This document shows, in pieces, positions 41,262 through 52,265 of a stretch of 52,729 nucleotides of DNA. The position numbers and the translations under genes are program-made. Origin of the DNA: an uncultured Gammaproteobacteria bacterium (lineage in GTDB: Bacteria > Myxococcota_A > UBA9160 > SZUA-336); assembly GCA_964194645.1 (NCBI GenBank), contig CAXMNF010000001.1, positions 1 through 52,729 of the forward strand. Reading direction: 5' to 3'. The stretch's first letter is position 1; every line of letters begins with the position of its first letter. The notes under the pieces are model-generated. The model worked only from the letters and a program-made list of their open reading frames with translations. It did not search any database and was not told the DNA's origin.

Positions 41262-41645
41262 CTACTTCTTCGTCGGGGCCCTCTTCTTGCCCGCGACGGT
41301 TTTGCGCGGTCCCTTGCGGGTACGCGCATTGGTGTGGGTGCGCTGACCGCGCACCGGAAGCCCGCGCCGGTGGCGGAGTCCCCGGTAGCAGCCAATGTCC
41401 ATCAGCATCTTCAGGTTCTGCGAAGTCTCGCGGCGCAGGTCACCCTCGACCTTGTAGCTGCGCTCGATCGCATCGCGCAGCCGCACCACTTCGGGCTCGT
41501 CGAGGTCGAAGGTCTTCTGCGTGGCGGGTACACCGGCCTCTTCGCAGATCTTCACTGCAGACCCGCGTCCGATTCCGAAGATATAGGTGAGTGAGATTCC
41601 GATCGCCTTCTCGCGCGGAAGATCGACGCCTGCGATTCTCGCCAT
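41262..41645 (-). CDS. rpsM: 30S ribosomal protein S13
   Basis: [26 protein letters not shown]. Trimmed from the track ORF to ATG 41643..41645. Confidence 0.95.
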   Translation of the reverse strand: MARIAGVDLPREKAIGISLTYIFGIGRGSAVKICEEAGVPATQKTFDLDEPEVVRLRDAIERSYKVEGDLRRETSQNLKMLMDIGCYRGLRHRRGLPVRGQRTHTNARTRKGPRKTVAGKKRAPTKK

Positions 41646-41647
41646 CG

Positions 41648-41761
41648 CTAGCCCTGCCTCTGCTTGTGCTTGGGGTTGTCGCAGATGATCCGCACGACGC
41701 CTTTGCGGCGGATGATCTTGCACTTGTCACACATCTTGCGGACGCTTGCTCTGACCTTCAT
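41648..41761 (-). CDS. rpmJ: 50S ribosomal protein L36
   Basis: Below the track cutoff; hand translation [37 protein letters not shown]. Confidence 0.95.
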   Translation of the reverse strand: MKVRASVRKMCDKCKIIRRKGVVRIICDNPKHKQRQG

Positions 41762-41783
41762 TCGGCTGCTCCGTCCCGACTCG

Positions 41784-42557
41784 CTAATGGCTGCCCGCGA
41801 CCCGGGTCAATACCTCGGGCCCGCGCTCGGTGATCGCGACGGTGTGCTCGTAGTGGCACGAGAGTTCTCCGTCCGCCGTGGTCGCCGTCCAGCCGTCGTC
41901 CTGCACCTCTACCTCGGGGCCGCCCCGATTCACCATGGGCTCGATCGCGAGCACCATTCCCGGCCGCAGCCTCGGGCCGCGCCCCGCCCTGCCGAAGTTC
42001 GGGACCTGCGGGGGCTCGTGCAGCGCCCGGCCGATCCCATGACCCACGAAGTCGCGCACGACTGAGAAGCCCTGCACCTCCGCCTCCGTCTGGATCGCGT
42101 TCGAAACGTCGCCCAGCCGTTGCCCCGGCTGCATCTGCTCGATCCCGGCGCAAAGGCTGCGCCAGGTTGCGTCCTGAAGCCGCTGGATCTCCGGATCGGG
42201 CTCGCCGACCTGGATCGCCACTGCGGAGTCCCCGTGGAACCCCTCGAAGATAACACCGAAATCCAGCTTGAGGAGGTCTCCGGCCGACAACTCCCGGTCC
42301 CCGGGGATGCCGTGCACGATTTCCTCGTTGATCGAGGTGCAGACCACCGCCGGATAGGGCGGCGAGCCGCCCGGGCCGTAGCCCAGGAAGGACGAGCCGA
42401 GCTGGCGCTTGCGGATCTCTCCGTGTGCCGCCAGGTCGAGCTGGCCGGTGGTGACCCCGGGCTTGGCCATCTCGCGCAGGATCAGCAGGATCTCGGCCAC
42501 GTGGCGCCCGGCCACGCGCATCTTCTCGAGTTCCCGCTCGCTCTTGAGCTGGATCAC
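41784..42557 (-). CDS. map: Type I methionine aminopeptidase
   Basis: [31 protein letters not shown], and GHGIG...[10 protein letters not shown] metal-ligand blocks. Confidence 0.95.
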   Translation of the reverse strand: MIQLKSERELEKMRVAGRHVAEILLILREMAKPGVTTGQLDLAAHGEIRKRQLGSSFLGYGPGGSPPYPAVVCTSINEEIVHGIPGDRELSAGDLLKLDFGVIFEGFHGDSAVAIQVGEPDPEIQRLQDATWRSLCAGIEQMQPGQRLGDVSNAIQTEAEVQGFSVVRDFVGHGIGRALHEPPQVPNFGRAGRGPRLRPGMVLAIEPMVNRGGPEVEVQDDGWTATTADGELSCHYEHTVAITERGPEVLTRVAGSH

Positions 42558-43117
42558 GACAGGCCCAACGCCTCCAGGATGCGCGCCTCGATCTCGTCGA
42601 TCGTGCCGAGGCCCGAGAGCCGCAGAACCGCCTCTCCGTAGTGGTCAAGCATGGGCTTGGTGTCCCGGATATACACCCCGAGGCGATTGCGCACGGTGTG
42701 CTCGGAATCGTCCTCACGGCCTTCGCCCCGCGAGAGGATGCGCCGCACCAGCTCCTCTTCCGGGACCTCGAGGCAGATCACGCGCAGCGGCGCGCGCCCC
42801 CCGCTGGCGAGCAGCCCGTCGAGCGCGTCGGCCTGGGCAGCGGTGCGCGGAAAGCCGTCCAGGATGAAGCCAGCGCGGGCGTCCTCCTGGGCGAGCCGCT
42901 CGCGCACCAGCTCGATCACCACCCCGTCGGGCACCAGATCGCCTGCGGCCAGGATGCCCTTGGCCTGCTCGCCGAGCTTGGAGCCCGAGGCCACCGCGGC
43001 GCGCAGCATATCCCCGGTCGAGATCTGCGGAATCCCGCAGTGCTGCACCAGCCGCTGGGCCTGGGTGCCCTTCCCTGCGCCCGGAGGCCCGGTGAGGATC
43101 AGGTTGAGCTCGCTCAT
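42554..43117 (-). CDS. adk: Adenylate kinase (short-LID form, 187 aa)
   Basis: P-loop LILTGPPGAGKGTQAQ. The LID region is short (RGEGREDDSEHTVRNR) with no Cys4 knuckle. Confidence 0.9.
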   Translation of the reverse strand: MSELNLILTGPPGAGKGTQAQRLVQHCGIPQISTGDMLRAAVASGSKLGEQAKGILAAGDLVPDGVVIELVRERLAQEDARAGFILDGFPRTAAQADALDGLLASGGRAPLRVICLEVPEEELVRRILSRGEGREDDSEHTVRNRLGVYIRDTKPMLDHYGEAVLRLSGLGTIDEIEARILEALGLS

Positions 43118-44424
43118 CCCCGTCTACCCCGGACGCGTGTGCCCTGCATGAAGGTCTCGTAGTTGCGCGAGACCAGGTGGGCCTCGATCTGCCCGACCGT
43201 GTCCATGGCCACGCCCACCACGATCAGCAGCGCCGTACCGCCGAAGAAGAAGGGCACGCTGAAGCGCGCCGACAGCATCACGGGCAGCACGCAGACCGCC
43301 GCCAGGTAGATCGCGCCGATCGCGGTCACCCGGTTCAGCACGCGCTCGATGTAGTGCGCCGTGCGCTGTCCCGGCCGGATGCCGGGGATGTAGCCGCCGC
43401 TCTTCTTGATGTTCTCCGCGACATCGTCCGGATCGATCATGATTCCCGTGTAGAAGTACGCGAAGAAGATGATCATGGCGATGTAGATCAGGTTGAAGCT
43501 GGCACCGGTCGGATCCATGTAGTCGGTCACGAAGTCGTTCAGCCCCGAGCTGCCGCTCCAGTTCGCGATCTGGTTGGGCAGGAAGAGCAACGACGAAGCG
43601 AAGATCGGCGGGATCACGCCCGCGGAGTTCAGCTTGAGCGGGAAGTACTGCGTGCCCGCGCGGATCTCGCGCCGGCCGACCACGCGCTTGGCGTATTGGA
43701 TGGGGATGCGGCGCTGGGCCCGCTCCACGTAGACGATGAAGGCGGTCACCGCGATCATGAAGGCCAGCAGCAGCAGCACGCCGATCGGCACGAGCTGGTC
43801 GGTGCGCACCAGGTCCCACACGTTGCTGAGCGCCGAGGGAATTGCCGAGACGATGCCCGCGAAGATGATCAGCGAGATCCCGTTGCCGATACCGCGCTCC
43901 GTGATCTGCTCGCCCAGCCACATGATGAAGGACGTCCCGGCGGTGAGCGTGAGGACGGCCATCAGCCGGAAGCTCCAACCTGGCTCGCTCACGGCCTGGG
44001 TGCCGAACAGCCCACCCTCGAGCGCGCTCGCCACCAGGAAGCCCTGCACGACCGCGAGGCCGATGGTTCCATAGCGGGTGTAGCGCGTCATCACCCGGCG
44101 GCCTTCCTCGCCTTCCTTCTTCAACTCGGCCAGGTGCGGGATCACGCTGGTCAGGAGCGAGATGATGATCGACGCACTGATGTACGGCATGATGCCGAGC
44201 GCGAAGATCGAGAGCTGCTCCAGTGCGCCGCCGCTGAACAGGTTCAGCAGGCCGAACACCCCGCCCCCCTGCTCCTCGAAGAAGCGCCGGATCTCGGCGG
44301 CATCCACGCCCGGGGTCGGAATCGCGCAGCCGATCCGGTACACGGCCAACATGCTGAAGGTGAACAGGATGCGCCTGTTCAGCTCCGGGATGCGGGTGAG
44401 ACCCTGTACCGATCCGGGGTTCAC
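43114..44424 (-). CDS. secY: Preprotein translocase subunit SecY
   Basis: Ten-TM-type profile with conserved LFSGGALEQLSIFALGIMPYISASII and GISLIIFAGIV. Confidence 0.95.
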   Translation of the reverse strand: MNPGSVQGLTRIPELNRRILFTFSMLAVYRIGCAIPTPGVDAAEIRRFFEEQGGGVFGLLNLFSGGALEQLSIFALGIMPYISASIIISLLTSVIPHLAELKKEGEEGRRVMTRYTRYGTIGLAVVQGFLVASALEGGLFGTQAVSEPGWSFRLMAVLTLTAGTSFIMWLGEQITERGIGNGISLIIFAGIVSAIPSALSNVWDLVRTDQLVPIGVLLLLAFMIAVTAFIVYVERAQRRIPIQYAKRVVGRREIRAGTQYFPLKLNSAGVIPPIFASSLLFLPNQIANWSGSSGLNDFVTDYMDPTGASFNLIYIAMIIFFAYFYTGIMIDPDDVAENIKKSGGYIPGIRPGQRTAHYIERVLNRVTAIGAIYLAAVCVLPVMLSARFSVPFFFGGTALLIVVGVAMDTVGQIEAHLVSRNYETFMQGTRVRGRRG

Positions 44425-44900
44425 GACTTCGCTGCCGCCTGCGAAGCCTTCGCCTTGCGACGCGGGCGCAGCTCGACCCGGCCGCCGGCGGCCTCGAGCT
44501 TGGCCTTCGCCTGCGCACTGATCGCATCCACCAGGAGCTGCAGCGGGCCGGGCGCGTCGCCCTCGCCCAGGATCTTCACCCGGCGGTCGGCGTGCGACAC
44601 CAGACCGGCCTTGGCCAGCACCGCGGCGTCGATCACAGCGTCCGCGGGGCAGCGGCCCAACTCGCCTAGGTTGACCACCTGGTACTCGCTCCGGAACAGG
44701 TTGTGGAAGCCGCGCTTGGGCAGGCGGCGCGCCAGGGGCATCTGGCCACCCTCGTACCAGGGCCGCGACTTGAATCCCGAGCGCGCGCCGGCGCCCTTCT
44801 GGCCCCGGCCGCAGGTGCGGCCCTGGCCGGCGGCGACGCCGCGTCCCTTGCGTTTTCGCTCGTGCCGCGAGCCAGGCCTGGGCGAGAGCTGGTCGAGCAT
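44421..44900 (-). CDS. rplO: 50S ribosomal protein L15
   Basis: RKRKGRGVAAGQGRTCGRGQKGAGARSG. Confidence 0.95.
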   Translation of the reverse strand: MLDQLSPRPGSRHERKRKGRGVAAGQGRTCGRGQKGAGARSGFKSRPWYEGGQMPLARRLPKRGFHNLFRSEYQVVNLGELGRCPADAVIDAAVLAKAGLVSHADRRVKILGEGDAPGPLQLLVDAISAQAKAKLEAAGGRVELRPRRKAKASQAAAKS

Positions 44901-44902
44901 CG

Positions 44903-45088
44903 CTAGCTCTCCTCGATCTGCACCAGGTGCTTCACCTTGGCGATCATCCCGCGCACCGCGGGCGTGTCCTCGACCTCGCTCGTCCTGCCCGGCCGGCCCA
45001 GACGCAGGCCGCGCAGCGTGGCGACCTGTTCCCCGCGGCGCCCGTTCGAGCTGCGCACCTGGCGGAGTCGGATCTTGGCATCGGCCAT
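44903..45088 (-). CDS. rpmD: 50S ribosomal protein L30
   Basis: MADAKIRLRQVRSSNGRRGEQVATLRGLRLGR...; trimmed to ATG 45086..45088. Confidence 0.9.
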   Translation of the reverse strand: MADAKIRLRQVRSSNGRRGEQVATLRGLRLGRPGRTSEVEDTPAVRGMIAKVKHLVQIEES

Positions 45089-45090
45089 GA

Positions 45091-45594
45091 CTACTGCGCG
45101 AGTTCCTGTTGGCGCTGCTCGGGGCGCTTCAGCCGGCGCAGTCCCTCGAGCGTGGCCAACACGACGTTGTGTGCCCGGTTCGAGCCCAGGCACTTGGTCA
45201 GGATGTTGTGCACTCCCGCCGCCTCGCAGAGCGCGCGTACCGCACCGCCCGCGATCACGCCCGTGCCGGGCGCGGCCGGCCGCAGCAGCACGCGTCCGGC
45301 GCCGTGGTGGCCGGTCACTCCGTGGGGGATCGTGCCCTCGTCGAGCGGCACGCGGATCAGGCTGCGTCGCGCCCGCTCGATCCCCTTGCGGATCGCCTCG
45401 GGCACCTCGTTCGCCTTGCCGAGGCCCGAGCCCACCACGCCGCGACCGTCCCCTACCACGATCAGGGCCGTGAAGCCGAAGCGCCGGCCGCCCTTGACGA
45501 CCTTGGCGACCCGATTGATGTCGACCACCCGCTCGTCGAGATCGTAGTCGTTCGGGTTGAGCCGCTCGCGGCCGATGTCTCTGGTCTGCGTCAT
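45091..45594 (-). CDS. rpsE: 30S ribosomal protein S5
   Basis: [30 protein letters not shown]; trimmed to ATG 45592..45594. Confidence 0.95.
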   Translation of the reverse strand: MTQTRDIGRERLNPNDYDLDERVVDINRVAKVVKGGRRFGFTALIVVGDGRGVVGSGLGKANEVPEAIRKGIERARRSLIRVPLDEGTIPHGVTGHHGAGRVLLRPAAPGTGVIAGGAVRALCEAAGVHNILTKCLGSNRAHNVVLATLEGLRRLKRPEQRQQELAQ

Positions 45595-45604
45595 ATTTCT
45601 TGTC

Positions 45605-45967
45605 CTAGAACTGGAGGCCCGCCTCGCGGGCGGCCTCCGCAAGCGCCTTGATGCGGCCCGTGTAGAGGAAGCCATTGCGGTTGAAGGCCACCGCCTGGAT
45701 CTGCCGATCGAGCGCGAGCTTGGCGATCGCCTGGCCGACCTTCTTGGCCGCGTCCTTGTCCTTGGTCGACGCGAGCCCCCCGCGCAGCGACGGGGTGCGC
45801 GTGGACGCCGAGGTCAAGGTGCGGCCCGACAGGGGGTCGACCAGCTGCGCGTAGATGTGCTTCGAGCTGCGGAAGACCGTGAGCAGCGGCCGCTCCGTGC
45901 GGGACAGCTGCTTGCGCACGCGCTTCTGGCGCCGTTTGCGCTGCCGGGTTCGTCGCGCTTCTGTCAT
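45605..45967 (-). CDS. rplR: 50S ribosomal protein L18
   Basis: [19 protein letters not shown]...[26 protein letters not shown]. Confidence 0.95.
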   Translation of the reverse strand: MTEARRTRQRKRRQKRVRKQLSRTERPLLTVFRSSKHIYAQLVDPLSGRTLTSASTRTPSLRGGLASTKDKDAAKKVGQAIAKLALDRQIQAVAFNRNGFLYTGRIKALAEAAREAGLQF

Positions 45968-45970
45968 GGC

Positions 45971-46513
45971 CTAGGCTCCCACCGCTGCCTTGCCAACCTT
46001 GCGCCGCACCTGCTCGCCCTGATAGCGGATGCCCTTGCCCTTGTAGGGCTCCGGCGGACGCACCTCGCGAATCTCGGCGGCAAACTGGCCGACCCGCTGC
46101 TTGTCCGAACCGGTCACGTGGATTCGCGTCGGGCTCTCGACGTTCACCTCGAGCCCGTCCGGGATCTTCACGGGAACCGGGTGCGAATAGCCGACCGCCA
46201 GCACCAGTTCGCGGCCCTTGAGCTCGGCGCGGTACCCGACGCCCTGGATCTCCAGGCTCCTGCTGAATCCGGTGGTCACGCCGGTGATCATGTTCGCCAG
46301 CAGACTGCGCATCAGGCCGTGCATGGACCGCGCGGTCTTGTGCTCGGCATCGCGCTCCACTTTTGCGACTCCGTCCCCGACCTCGATCCGGGTGTGCGGA
46401 ACGATCGCCTGCTCGAGCACGCCCTTGGGACCCTTCACGCGCACCACCCCCTCGCTCACGCCGATCTCGACGCCGGAGGCCACAGGGATGGGAAGCTTTC
46501 CGATGCGCGACAT
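45971..46513 (-). CDS. rplF: 50S ribosomal protein L6
   Basis: MSRIGKLPIPVASGVEI...GVGYRA...PEPYKGKGIRY. Confidence 0.95.
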   Translation of the reverse strand: MSRIGKLPIPVASGVEIGVSEGVVRVKGPKGVLEQAIVPHTRIEVGDGVAKVERDAEHKTARSMHGLMRSLLANMITGVTTGFSRSLEIQGVGYRAELKGRELVLAVGYSHPVPVKIPDGLEVNVESPTRIHVTGSDKQRVGQFAAEIREVRPPEPYKGKGIRYQGEQVRRKVGKAAVGA

Positions 46514-46518
46514 GGTTC

Positions 46519-46914
46519 CTACCAGATCCTCGCCAGCACCTCGCCGCCGACCTCGGCGGCGCGCGCTTGTTCGTCGCTCATCACGCCACGCGGCGTGGAG
46601 AGAATCGCCAGGCCCAGGCCGTTGCGGACCTTGGGCACCTTGCGGGCGCCAACGTAGACACGGCGGCCAGGCCGCGAGACGCGTTGGATGCCCTCGATCG
46701 TCGGATGCGAGTAGCTGTCGTAGCGCAACTCGATCAACAGGGTGGCCGTGCTCTTCTCGCCGCTGCTCTCAAAGCCGCGGATGTAGCCGGACTGCTGCAG
46801 AACCCGCGCGATTTCGCGCTTGATGCGCGAATCGGGCAGCTGAACGTTCTTGTGGCGCGCCGCTCCGCCGTTGCGGATCCGCGTGAGCATGTCGGAAATG
46901 GGATCGGTCAACAC
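46519..46914 (-). CDS. rpsH: 30S ribosomal protein S8
   Basis: [16 protein letters not shown]...GGEVLARIW. Confidence 0.95.
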   Translation of the reverse strand: MLTDPISDMLTRIRNGGAARHKNVQLPDSRIKREIARVLQQSGYIRGFESSGEKSTATLLIELRYDSYSHPTIEGIQRVSRPGRRVYVGARKVPKVRNGLGLAILSTPRGVMSDEQARAAEVGGEVLARIW

Positions 46915-46924
46915 CTCTATACCC

Positions 46925-47134
46925 TCACCAGCTCGACTTGGTCATGCCGGGGATCTTGCCCTCGAGCGCCAACTGGCGCAGGCAGATCCGGCACAAGTCG
47001 AACTTCCGGTAGTAGCCCCGTGGACGGCCGCAGCGACCGCAGCGGTTGTAGTAACGGCTCTTGAATTTGAGCTTGCCCGCGGCGCGGGCGGTGCGCATGC
47101 GCAGCTGCTGCACCAGCTTCGAAGTTTTCGGCAT
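46925..47134 (-). CDS. rpsN: 30S ribosomal protein S14, zinc-binding type Z (69 aa, slightly extended N-terminal half)
   Basis: [40 protein letters not shown] with CxxC...CxxC. GGGGGAGGA SD. Confidence 0.9.
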   Translation of the reverse strand: MPKTSKLVQQLRMRTARAAGKLKFKSRYYNRCGRCGRPRGYYRKFDLCRICLRQLALEGKIPGMTKSSW

Positions 47135-47150
47135 GAAATCCTCCCCCGCC

Positions 47151-47711
47151 CTACTGCGCTCGGAGCGGCATGCCCAGCTCTCGCAGCAGGGCCCGTCCTT
47201 CGTCGTCGGTGGGCGCGGTGGTGGTGATGGTCACGTTGAGTCCCCGGATGCGCTCGACCTTGTCGTAGTCGATCTCCGGGAAGATGATCTGCTCGCGGAT
47301 GCCCAAGGTGTAATTGCCGCGCCCGTCGAAGGCGCGGGGCGAAAGGCCGCGGAAGTCGCGTACACGCGGCAGCGCCACATTGATCAGCCGGTCGAAGAAT
47401 TCGTACATGCGCTCGCGCCGCAGGGTGACCATGCAGCCGATCGCCTGGTCTTCGCGCAGGCGAAAATTCGCGATCGCCTTGCGCGACTTGGTGATCACGG
47501 CCTTCTGCCCGCAGATCTGCGCCAGCTCCTGGATGGCGGCCTCGAGCAACTTTGCGTTGGTAAGTGCTTCGCCGAGCCCCACGTTCACGGTGATCTTCTG
47601 CAGGCGCGGCACCTGCATGGGATTCGTGTAGGAGAAACGCTCGATCAGCGCCGGCGTGACGCGGCTTCGGTAGGCCTCGAGCAGGCGCGGAGCAAGGCCG
47701 TTGCTAGCCAT
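47151..47711 (-). CDS. rplE: 50S ribosomal protein L5
   Basis: [20 protein letters not shown]...[20 protein letters not shown]. Confidence 0.95.
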   Translation of the reverse strand: MASNGLAPRLLEAYRSRVTPALIERFSYTNPMQVPRLQKITVNVGLGEALTNAKLLEAAIQELAQICGQKAVITKSRKAIANFRLREDQAIGCMVTLRRERMYEFFDRLINVALPRVRDFRGLSPRAFDGRGNYTLGIREQIIFPEIDYDKVERIRGLNVTITTTAPTDDEGRALLRELGMPLRAQ

Positions 47712-48018
47712 CGATCGCCTCGTCGTGCTTTCGGCTCCAGCGCACCTTTTGGTCCTTCACGTTCCTGAACCCGACCCGCGTGGTCTCGCCGTTGTGAACC
47801 AGCGCCACGTTCGACAGGTGAATCGCGCGCTCTTTCTCGATGATGCCGCCCTGGCGATACTCCGCCGTGGGCTTCGTGTGGCGCTTGACCAGGTTCACGC
47901 GCTCCACGGTGACCCGGCCCCGGGCATGGTCCACCGAGAGCACCGTGCCGCGGGTCCCTTTGTTCTTGCCGACCAACACCTCGACCGTGTCTCCCCTGCG
48001 AATGCGAGCGGCCATCAC
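47704..48018 (-). CDS. rplX: 50S ribosomal protein L24
   Basis: [24 protein letters not shown] (KOW motif). Confidence 0.95.
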   Translation of the reverse strand: MMAARIRRGDTVEVLVGKNKGTRGTVLSVDHARGRVTVERVNLVKRHTKPTAEYRQGGIIEKERAIHLSNVALVHNGETTRVGFRNVKDQKVRWSRKHDEAIDG

Positions 48019-48383
48019 AGCACCTCGGGCGCGAGCGATACGATCTTCATGAAGCGCTTCGAGCGCAACTCGCGCGCCACCGGACCAAAGATGCGCGTCC
48101 CGATCGGCTCGCGGTTCGCGTCGATCAGCACGCAGGAGTTGTCGTCAAAGCGGATGTAGGAGCCGTCCGAGCGCGCGACCTCCTTGGCGGTACGCACCAC
48201 GACCGCGCGATGCAACTGCTTCTTCTTCACGCGGCTGTTCGGCAGCGCCTCCTTGACCGACACCACGATTACGTCGCCAATCGAAGCGTAGCGCCGCTGC
48301 GAGCCGCCCAGGACCTTCACGCACGCAACGCGCCGCGCTCCCGAATTGTCCGCGACCAGCAGCTCCGATTCAGACTGGATCAC
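48015..48383 (-). CDS. rplN: 50S ribosomal protein L14
   Basis: [28 protein letters not shown].... Confidence 0.95.
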   Translation of the reverse strand: MIQSESELLVADNSGARRVACVKVLGGSQRRYASIGDVIVVSVKEALPNSRVKKKQLHRAVVVRTAKEVARSDGSYIRFDDNSCVLIDANREPIGTRIFGPVARELRSKRFMKIVSLAPEVL

Positions 48384-48628
48384 GAAAGCTTCTCCTGGAC
48401 ACGCCAGCGCTTGTGCTTGGATAGGGGGCGCGATTCGATGATCCTGACCTGGTCGCCGACCTTGAACTGGTTGCCCTCGTCGTGGGCCATGAACCGCGAG
48501 CGCTTGCGGATGTACTTCTTGTAGAGCGGGTGCAGGACGTTGCGCTGCACCTCGACGGTGACGGACTTGTCCATCTTGTCGCCTACCACCCGGCCGACCC
48601 GCGTCTTGCGCAAACCGCGCTCGCTCAT
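48380..48628 (-). CDS. rpsQ: 30S ribosomal protein S17
   Basis: [20 protein letters not shown]...[23 protein letters not shown]. Confidence 0.95.
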   Translation of the reverse strand: MSERGLRKTRVGRVVGDKMDKSVTVEVQRNVLHPLYKKYIRKRSRFMAHDEGNQFKVGDQVRIIESRPLSKHKRWRVQEKLS

Positions 48629-48819
48629 TTCGCTCTCCCGCGCTCGGAGCTGATCGTCAGCGCCCGCGCCAGTTCCCGGCGTGCCACGCGGACGCTGGCG
48701 CTGTCCTCGAGCTGACCCGTCGCGTGCTTGATCCGCAGGTTGAAGAGGTTGTTGCGAAACTCGTCGAGCCTCGCCTCCAACTCATCGTCCTGGAGCTGTC
48801 TGAGCTCTGCGGGCTTCAT
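48625..48819 (-). CDS. rpmC: 50S ribosomal protein L29
   Basis: [31 protein letters not shown]. Confidence 0.95.
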   Translation of the reverse strand: MKPAELRQLQDDELEARLDEFRNNLFNLRIKHATGQLEDSASVRVARRELARALTISSERGRAK

Positions 48820-49229
48820 CCCTGGGTTCTCTCCACGAAGCGCGTGCGGAGGGGCAGCTTGTGCGCGGCCAGCCGCAGGGCCTCCTTGGCCACATCGCGC
48901 GTCACGCCTTCCATTTCGTACAGCACCCGGCCCCGGCGAATGCGGGCGGCCCAGAACTCCGGATTGCCCTTGCCCTTGCCCATGCGGGTTTCGGGCGGGC
49001 GCTTGGTTCGAGGAGTGTCCGGGAACATGCGGATCCAGACCTTGCCGCCGCGCTTGGCGTGGCGCGTCATGGCGATCCGGCCGGCCTCGATCTGGCGGGA
49101 GGTCACGTCGCCGCTCTCGATGGCCTGCAGGCCAAAGTCGCCGAACGCGAGGCTGGAGCCGCGCAGAGCCAGGCCGCGGATGCGGCCCTTCATCTGCTTG
49201 CGGTACTTCATTCGCTTCGGTTGCAGCAC
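48816..49229 (-). CDS. rplP: 50S ribosomal protein L16
   Basis: [19 protein letters not shown]...[13 protein letters not shown]. Confidence 0.95.
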   Translation of the reverse strand: MLQPKRMKYRKQMKGRIRGLALRGSSLAFGDFGLQAIESGDVTSRQIEAGRIAMTRHAKRGGKVWIRMFPDTPRTKRPPETRMGKGKGNPEFWAARIRRGRVLYEMEGVTRDVAKEALRLAAHKLPLRTRFVERTQG

Positions 49230-49240
49230 GGCCCGTTCTC

Positions 49241-49921
49241 CTAGTTCTCGGCGGGACGCTCGCCCGGCGCCATCAGGCGCTGGGAGCGGATCTGGGCATC
49301 GGGCACGAGGCCCGTGAAAACCCAGGCCTTCACGCCGATCGTTCCGTAGGTCGTGCGCGCCTCGGCAAAGCCGTAGTCGATCTGGGCGCGCAGCGTGTGC
49401 AGGGGCACTCGGCCCTCGCGGTACTCGGTCCTGCGCGACATCTCGGCGCCGCCCAGCCGCCCGGAGACGCGCAGGCGGATACCCTGCGCGCCGAACTTCA
49501 TCGCGGAGGTCACCGCCTTCTTCATGGCGCGGCGGAAGGCCATGCGTCGTACCAGCTGCTGAGCGACGTTCTCGGCGACCAACTGCGCGTCGATCTCGGC
49601 CTTTCGGATCTCGCGAATGTTGATGAACACCTCGTTCTGCGTCAGGTCGTTCACCTCCTTGCGCAGCGCCTCCACCTCGGAGCCGCGCTTGCCGATCAGG
49701 ATGCCGGGACGCGCGGTGTGGATGTTCACGGCCATCTTGTCGGCGCGGCGCTCGATCACGATGCTGCTGATGCCGGCGTGCTGGACCTTCTTCTTGATGA
49801 AGTCGCGGATCTTCAGATCCTCGTGGAGCATCGGGCCGTAGCCGCGCTCTGCGAACCAGTTGGACTGCCAGCCATTGATGACGCCCAGCCGGAAGCCGTA
49901 GGGATGTACTTTCTGGCCCAC
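49241..49921 (-). CDS. rpsC: 30S ribosomal protein S3
   Basis: [24 protein letters not shown]... with KH and C-terminal domains. Confidence 0.95.
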   Translation of the reverse strand: MGQKVHPYGFRLGVINGWQSNWFAERGYGPMLHEDLKIRDFIKKKVQHAGISSIVIERRADKMAVNIHTARPGILIGKRGSEVEALRKEVNDLTQNEVFINIREIRKAEIDAQLVAENVAQQLVRRMAFRRAMKKAVTSAMKFGAQGIRLRVSGRLGGAEMSRRTEYREGRVPLHTLRAQIDYGFAEARTTYGTIGVKAWVFTGLVPDAQIRSQRLMAPGERPAEN

Positions 49922-49929
49922 GAATCCTC

Positions 49930-50277
49930 CTAGCGCTCGTCCAAGATCAAGGTCACGTGGCTGCTCATCTTTCGGATCCAGAAGGCTCGACCCATCGCGC
50001 GCGGCCGGATTCGCCAGTCGTGCGCGCCCCGGTCCACGGTGATCGTCTTGACGTACAGGTTGTCGACGTCCAGGCCAGCCTGCTGGCGCGAGTTCTTCTC
50101 CTGCGCGTTGGCCAAGGCCGAGCGCAGCAGCTTCTCGAGCGGCCTCGCCGCCGCGCGCGGGCAGCCCTGCAGGATCGCAAGCGCATCCGAGGCGGACTTG
50201 TCGCGCACCAGGTCAGCGACCTGCCGACATTTGCGGGTGCCCATCTTGGCGCCTTGGAGCTTGGCTCTGACCTCCAT
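49930..50277 (-). CDS. rplV: 50S ribosomal protein L22
   Basis: [25 protein letters not shown]...[19 protein letters not shown]. Only the last 115 codons of the 605-aa track ORF are L22. Confidence 0.95.
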   Translation of the reverse strand: MEVRAKLQGAKMGTRKCRQVADLVRDKSASDALAILQGCPRAAARPLEKLLRSALANAQEKNSRQQAGLDVDNLYVKTITVDRGAHDWRIRPRAMGRAFWIRKMSSHVTLILDER

Positions 50278-50285
50278 CGCCCTGC

Positions 50286-50564
50286 CTACTTCCTTCTCAC
50301 CTTTCGGTCCCCGGCGTGGACCGTGACCTTGCGCGTCGGCGCAAACTCGCCGAGTCGGTGGCCAACCATGTTCTCGGAGACAAAGACCGGCATGAACAGC
50401 CGGCCGTTGTGCACGTGCAGGTTGAGCCCCACCATCTCGGGCGTGATCATCGAGCGCCGCGACCAGGTGCGGATGATCTTCTTCTCGCCGGCGTCGCCCA
50501 GCTTGTCGAGCTTCTTCTGCAGCGACGCCTCGACGTAGGGGCCCTTCTTCAGCGAACGCGCCAT
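50286..50564 (-). CDS. rpsS: 30S ribosomal protein S19
   Basis: [15 protein letters not shown]...[27 protein letters not shown]. Confidence 0.95.
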   Translation of the reverse strand: MARSLKKGPYVEASLQKKLDKLGDAGEKKIIRTWSRRSMITPEMVGLNLHVHNGRLFMPVFVSENMVGHRLGEFAPTRKVTVHAGDRKVRRK

Positions 50565-51392
50565 TTACTTCTTCCCTCGCCGCTTGACGATGAACTTGTC
50601 GGAGGTCCGGTTCTTGCGGGTCTTGTGCCCCTTGGTCGGCACGCCCCAGGGTGTGACCGGATGGCGGCCGCCGGAAGTGCGGCCCTCGCCGCCGCCGTGC
50701 GGATGGTCGACCGGATTCATCGCGACGCCGCGCACCGTGGGACGACGGCCCAGCCAGCGCGAGCGGCCGGCCTTGCCGAGCGACACGTTCTCGTGGTCGA
50801 GATTTCCGACCTGCCCGACGGTGGCCAGGCAGGTGACCAGCACGCGCCGCGTCTCCGAGGAAGGCAGCTTGATCTGGGCGTAGCGGCCCTCGCGGGCCAT
50901 CAATTGCGCCCCGCCGCCGGCCGAGCGCACCAATTGGCCGCCCTTCCCGGGCTTCAATTCGATGTTGTGCACGATCGTACCCAGCGGGATCACCTCGAGC
51001 GGCAGGGTGTTGCCCGGCTGGATCTCCGCGTTTCGGGCGGTCTGCACCCGGTCGCCGATTCGCATGCCCTGCGCGGCCAGCACGTAGCGCTTCTCGCCGT
51101 CCGCGTAGTGCAGGAGCGCAATGCGCGCACTGCGGTTGGGGTCGTACTCGATCGCCGCGACCTTGGCCGGCACGTCCCACTTGTCGCGCTTGAAGTCGAT
51201 GATGCGGTAGCGGCGCTTGTGCCCGCCTCCGCGCTGGAAGGAGGTAATGCGGCCCAGGTTGTTGCGCCCGCCCGTGCCGCTCTGCTTCCCGATCAGCGCC
51301 CGCTCCGGCTTGCTCTTGGTGATGTCGCCGAAGACCGAGACGGACATCTGGCGCCGCGCGGGAGAGGTCGGCTTGTACTTCCGAATGGCCAC
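50565..51392 (-). CDS. rplB: 50S ribosomal protein L2
   Basis: [14 protein letters not shown]...[13 protein letters not shown]...[18 protein letters not shown]. Confidence 0.95.
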   Translation of the reverse strand: MAIRKYKPTSPARRQMSVSVFGDITKSKPERALIGKQSGTGGRNNLGRITSFQRGGGHKRRYRIIDFKRDKWDVPAKVAAIEYDPNRSARIALLHYADGEKRYVLAAQGMRIGDRVQTARNAEIQPGNTLPLEVIPLGTIVHNIELKPGKGGQLVRSAGGGAQLMAREGRYAQIKLPSSETRRVLVTCLATVGQVGNLDHENVSLGKAGRSRWLGRRPTVRGVAMNPVDHPHGGGEGRTSGGRHPVTPWGVPTKGHKTRKNRTSDKFIVKRRGKK

Positions 51393-51395
51393 GCT

Positions 51396-51686
51396 CTACA
51401 CCCCTTCGAAGAACTCGATGCTGTCGCCCTCGCGCAGCTTCACACGCGCCTTCTTCCAGGACGGCCGGTGCCCCACGAAACGTCCTACCCGCCGCGCCTT
51501 GCCCTTGACCCGCGAGGTCCGCACCTCGACGACCTTCACGTCGAAGAGCTTCTCGACTGCGCTGCGGATCTCCAGCTTGTTGGCCCGCGGGCTCACCTTG
51601 AAGGTCACGATGTTCTCGAACTCGCGTTCGATCGTGCTCTTCTCCGTAATGATCGGACTCTTGATGATCTGCCTGGGGTCGATCAC
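51396..51686 (-). CDS. rplW: 50S ribosomal protein L23
   Basis: [12 protein letters not shown]...[26 protein letters not shown]. Confidence 0.95.
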   Translation of the reverse strand: MIDPRQIIKSPIITEKSTIEREFENIVTFKVSPRANKLEIRSAVEKLFDVKVVEVRTSRVKGKARRVGRFVGHRPSWKKARVKLREGDSIEFFEGV

Positions 51687-52261
51687 TGGAGGCGCTCGGT
51701 GATCGCGGACGGCGCGTTGCCCACGAGCACGAGGTTCTTGCGCGCAAGCACGTCGCGCACGTTCAGTCCGGGAACAGCCAGCACGCGCACGCCCGGCAGG
51801 TTCCGGGCGGCCAGCTCGAGCCGCTGGTCGCGCTCGGCCGTCACGATCAGGGCGTCTTCGGCACCGAGCTTCGCGAGCTGCTGCACCACCAGGCGGGTCT
51901 TGATCTCTGCCAGCTCGAAGGACTTCACGAGCTTCACGGCATCCTCGCTCTTGCGCAGCGAGAGCGCCGAGCGCAGCGCAGCGCAGCGCACCTTCTTGGG
52001 CACGCGCTGCTCGTAGCTGCGGGGCTGGGGTCCGAAGATGACGCCACCGCCCGAGGCCTGACCCGCGCGGATCGTGCCCTGGCGCGCGCGGCCGGTGCCC
52101 TTCTGCTTGTAGGGCTTGCGACCGCCGCCCGAGACCCCCGCGCGGTTCTTGGTGGCGTGCGTTCCGGCACGGCGAGCCGCCATCTGGCTCACGACCACCG
52201 TGTGGAGCAGATCGGGCCGGATCGGCGCGTCGAAGATCTTGGGGTCGAGAGGAGTAGCCAT
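51683..52261 (-). CDS. rplD: 50S ribosomal protein L4 (192 aa, short N-terminus)
   Basis: [40 protein letters not shown] is the L4 signature, not L3. ATG 52259..52261 lies only 4 nt after the rpsJ stop. Confidence 0.95.
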   Translation of the reverse strand: MATPLDPKIFDAPIRPDLLHTVVVSQMAARRAGTHATKNRAGVSGGGRKPYKQKGTGRARQGTIRAGQASGGGVIFGPQPRSYEQRVPKKVRCAALRSALSLRKSEDAVKLVKSFELAEIKTRLVVQQLAKLGAEDALIVTAERDQRLELAARNLPGVRVLAVPGLNVRDVLARKNLVLVGNAPSAITERLQ

Positions 52262-52265
52262 GCTG

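Noticed and set aside
41762-41783. No infA between map and rpmJ (only a 22-nt gap)
   Set aside because: infA is located elsewhere in many bacteria, including Proteobacteria, so its absence here is not unusual. Contrast this with the missing rplC.
42554-43117. Adenylate kinase is short (187 aa) and lacks the long or zinc LID
   Set aside because: Short-LID bacterial Adk variants are well known, for example in mycobacteria. This is a feature, not a novelty.
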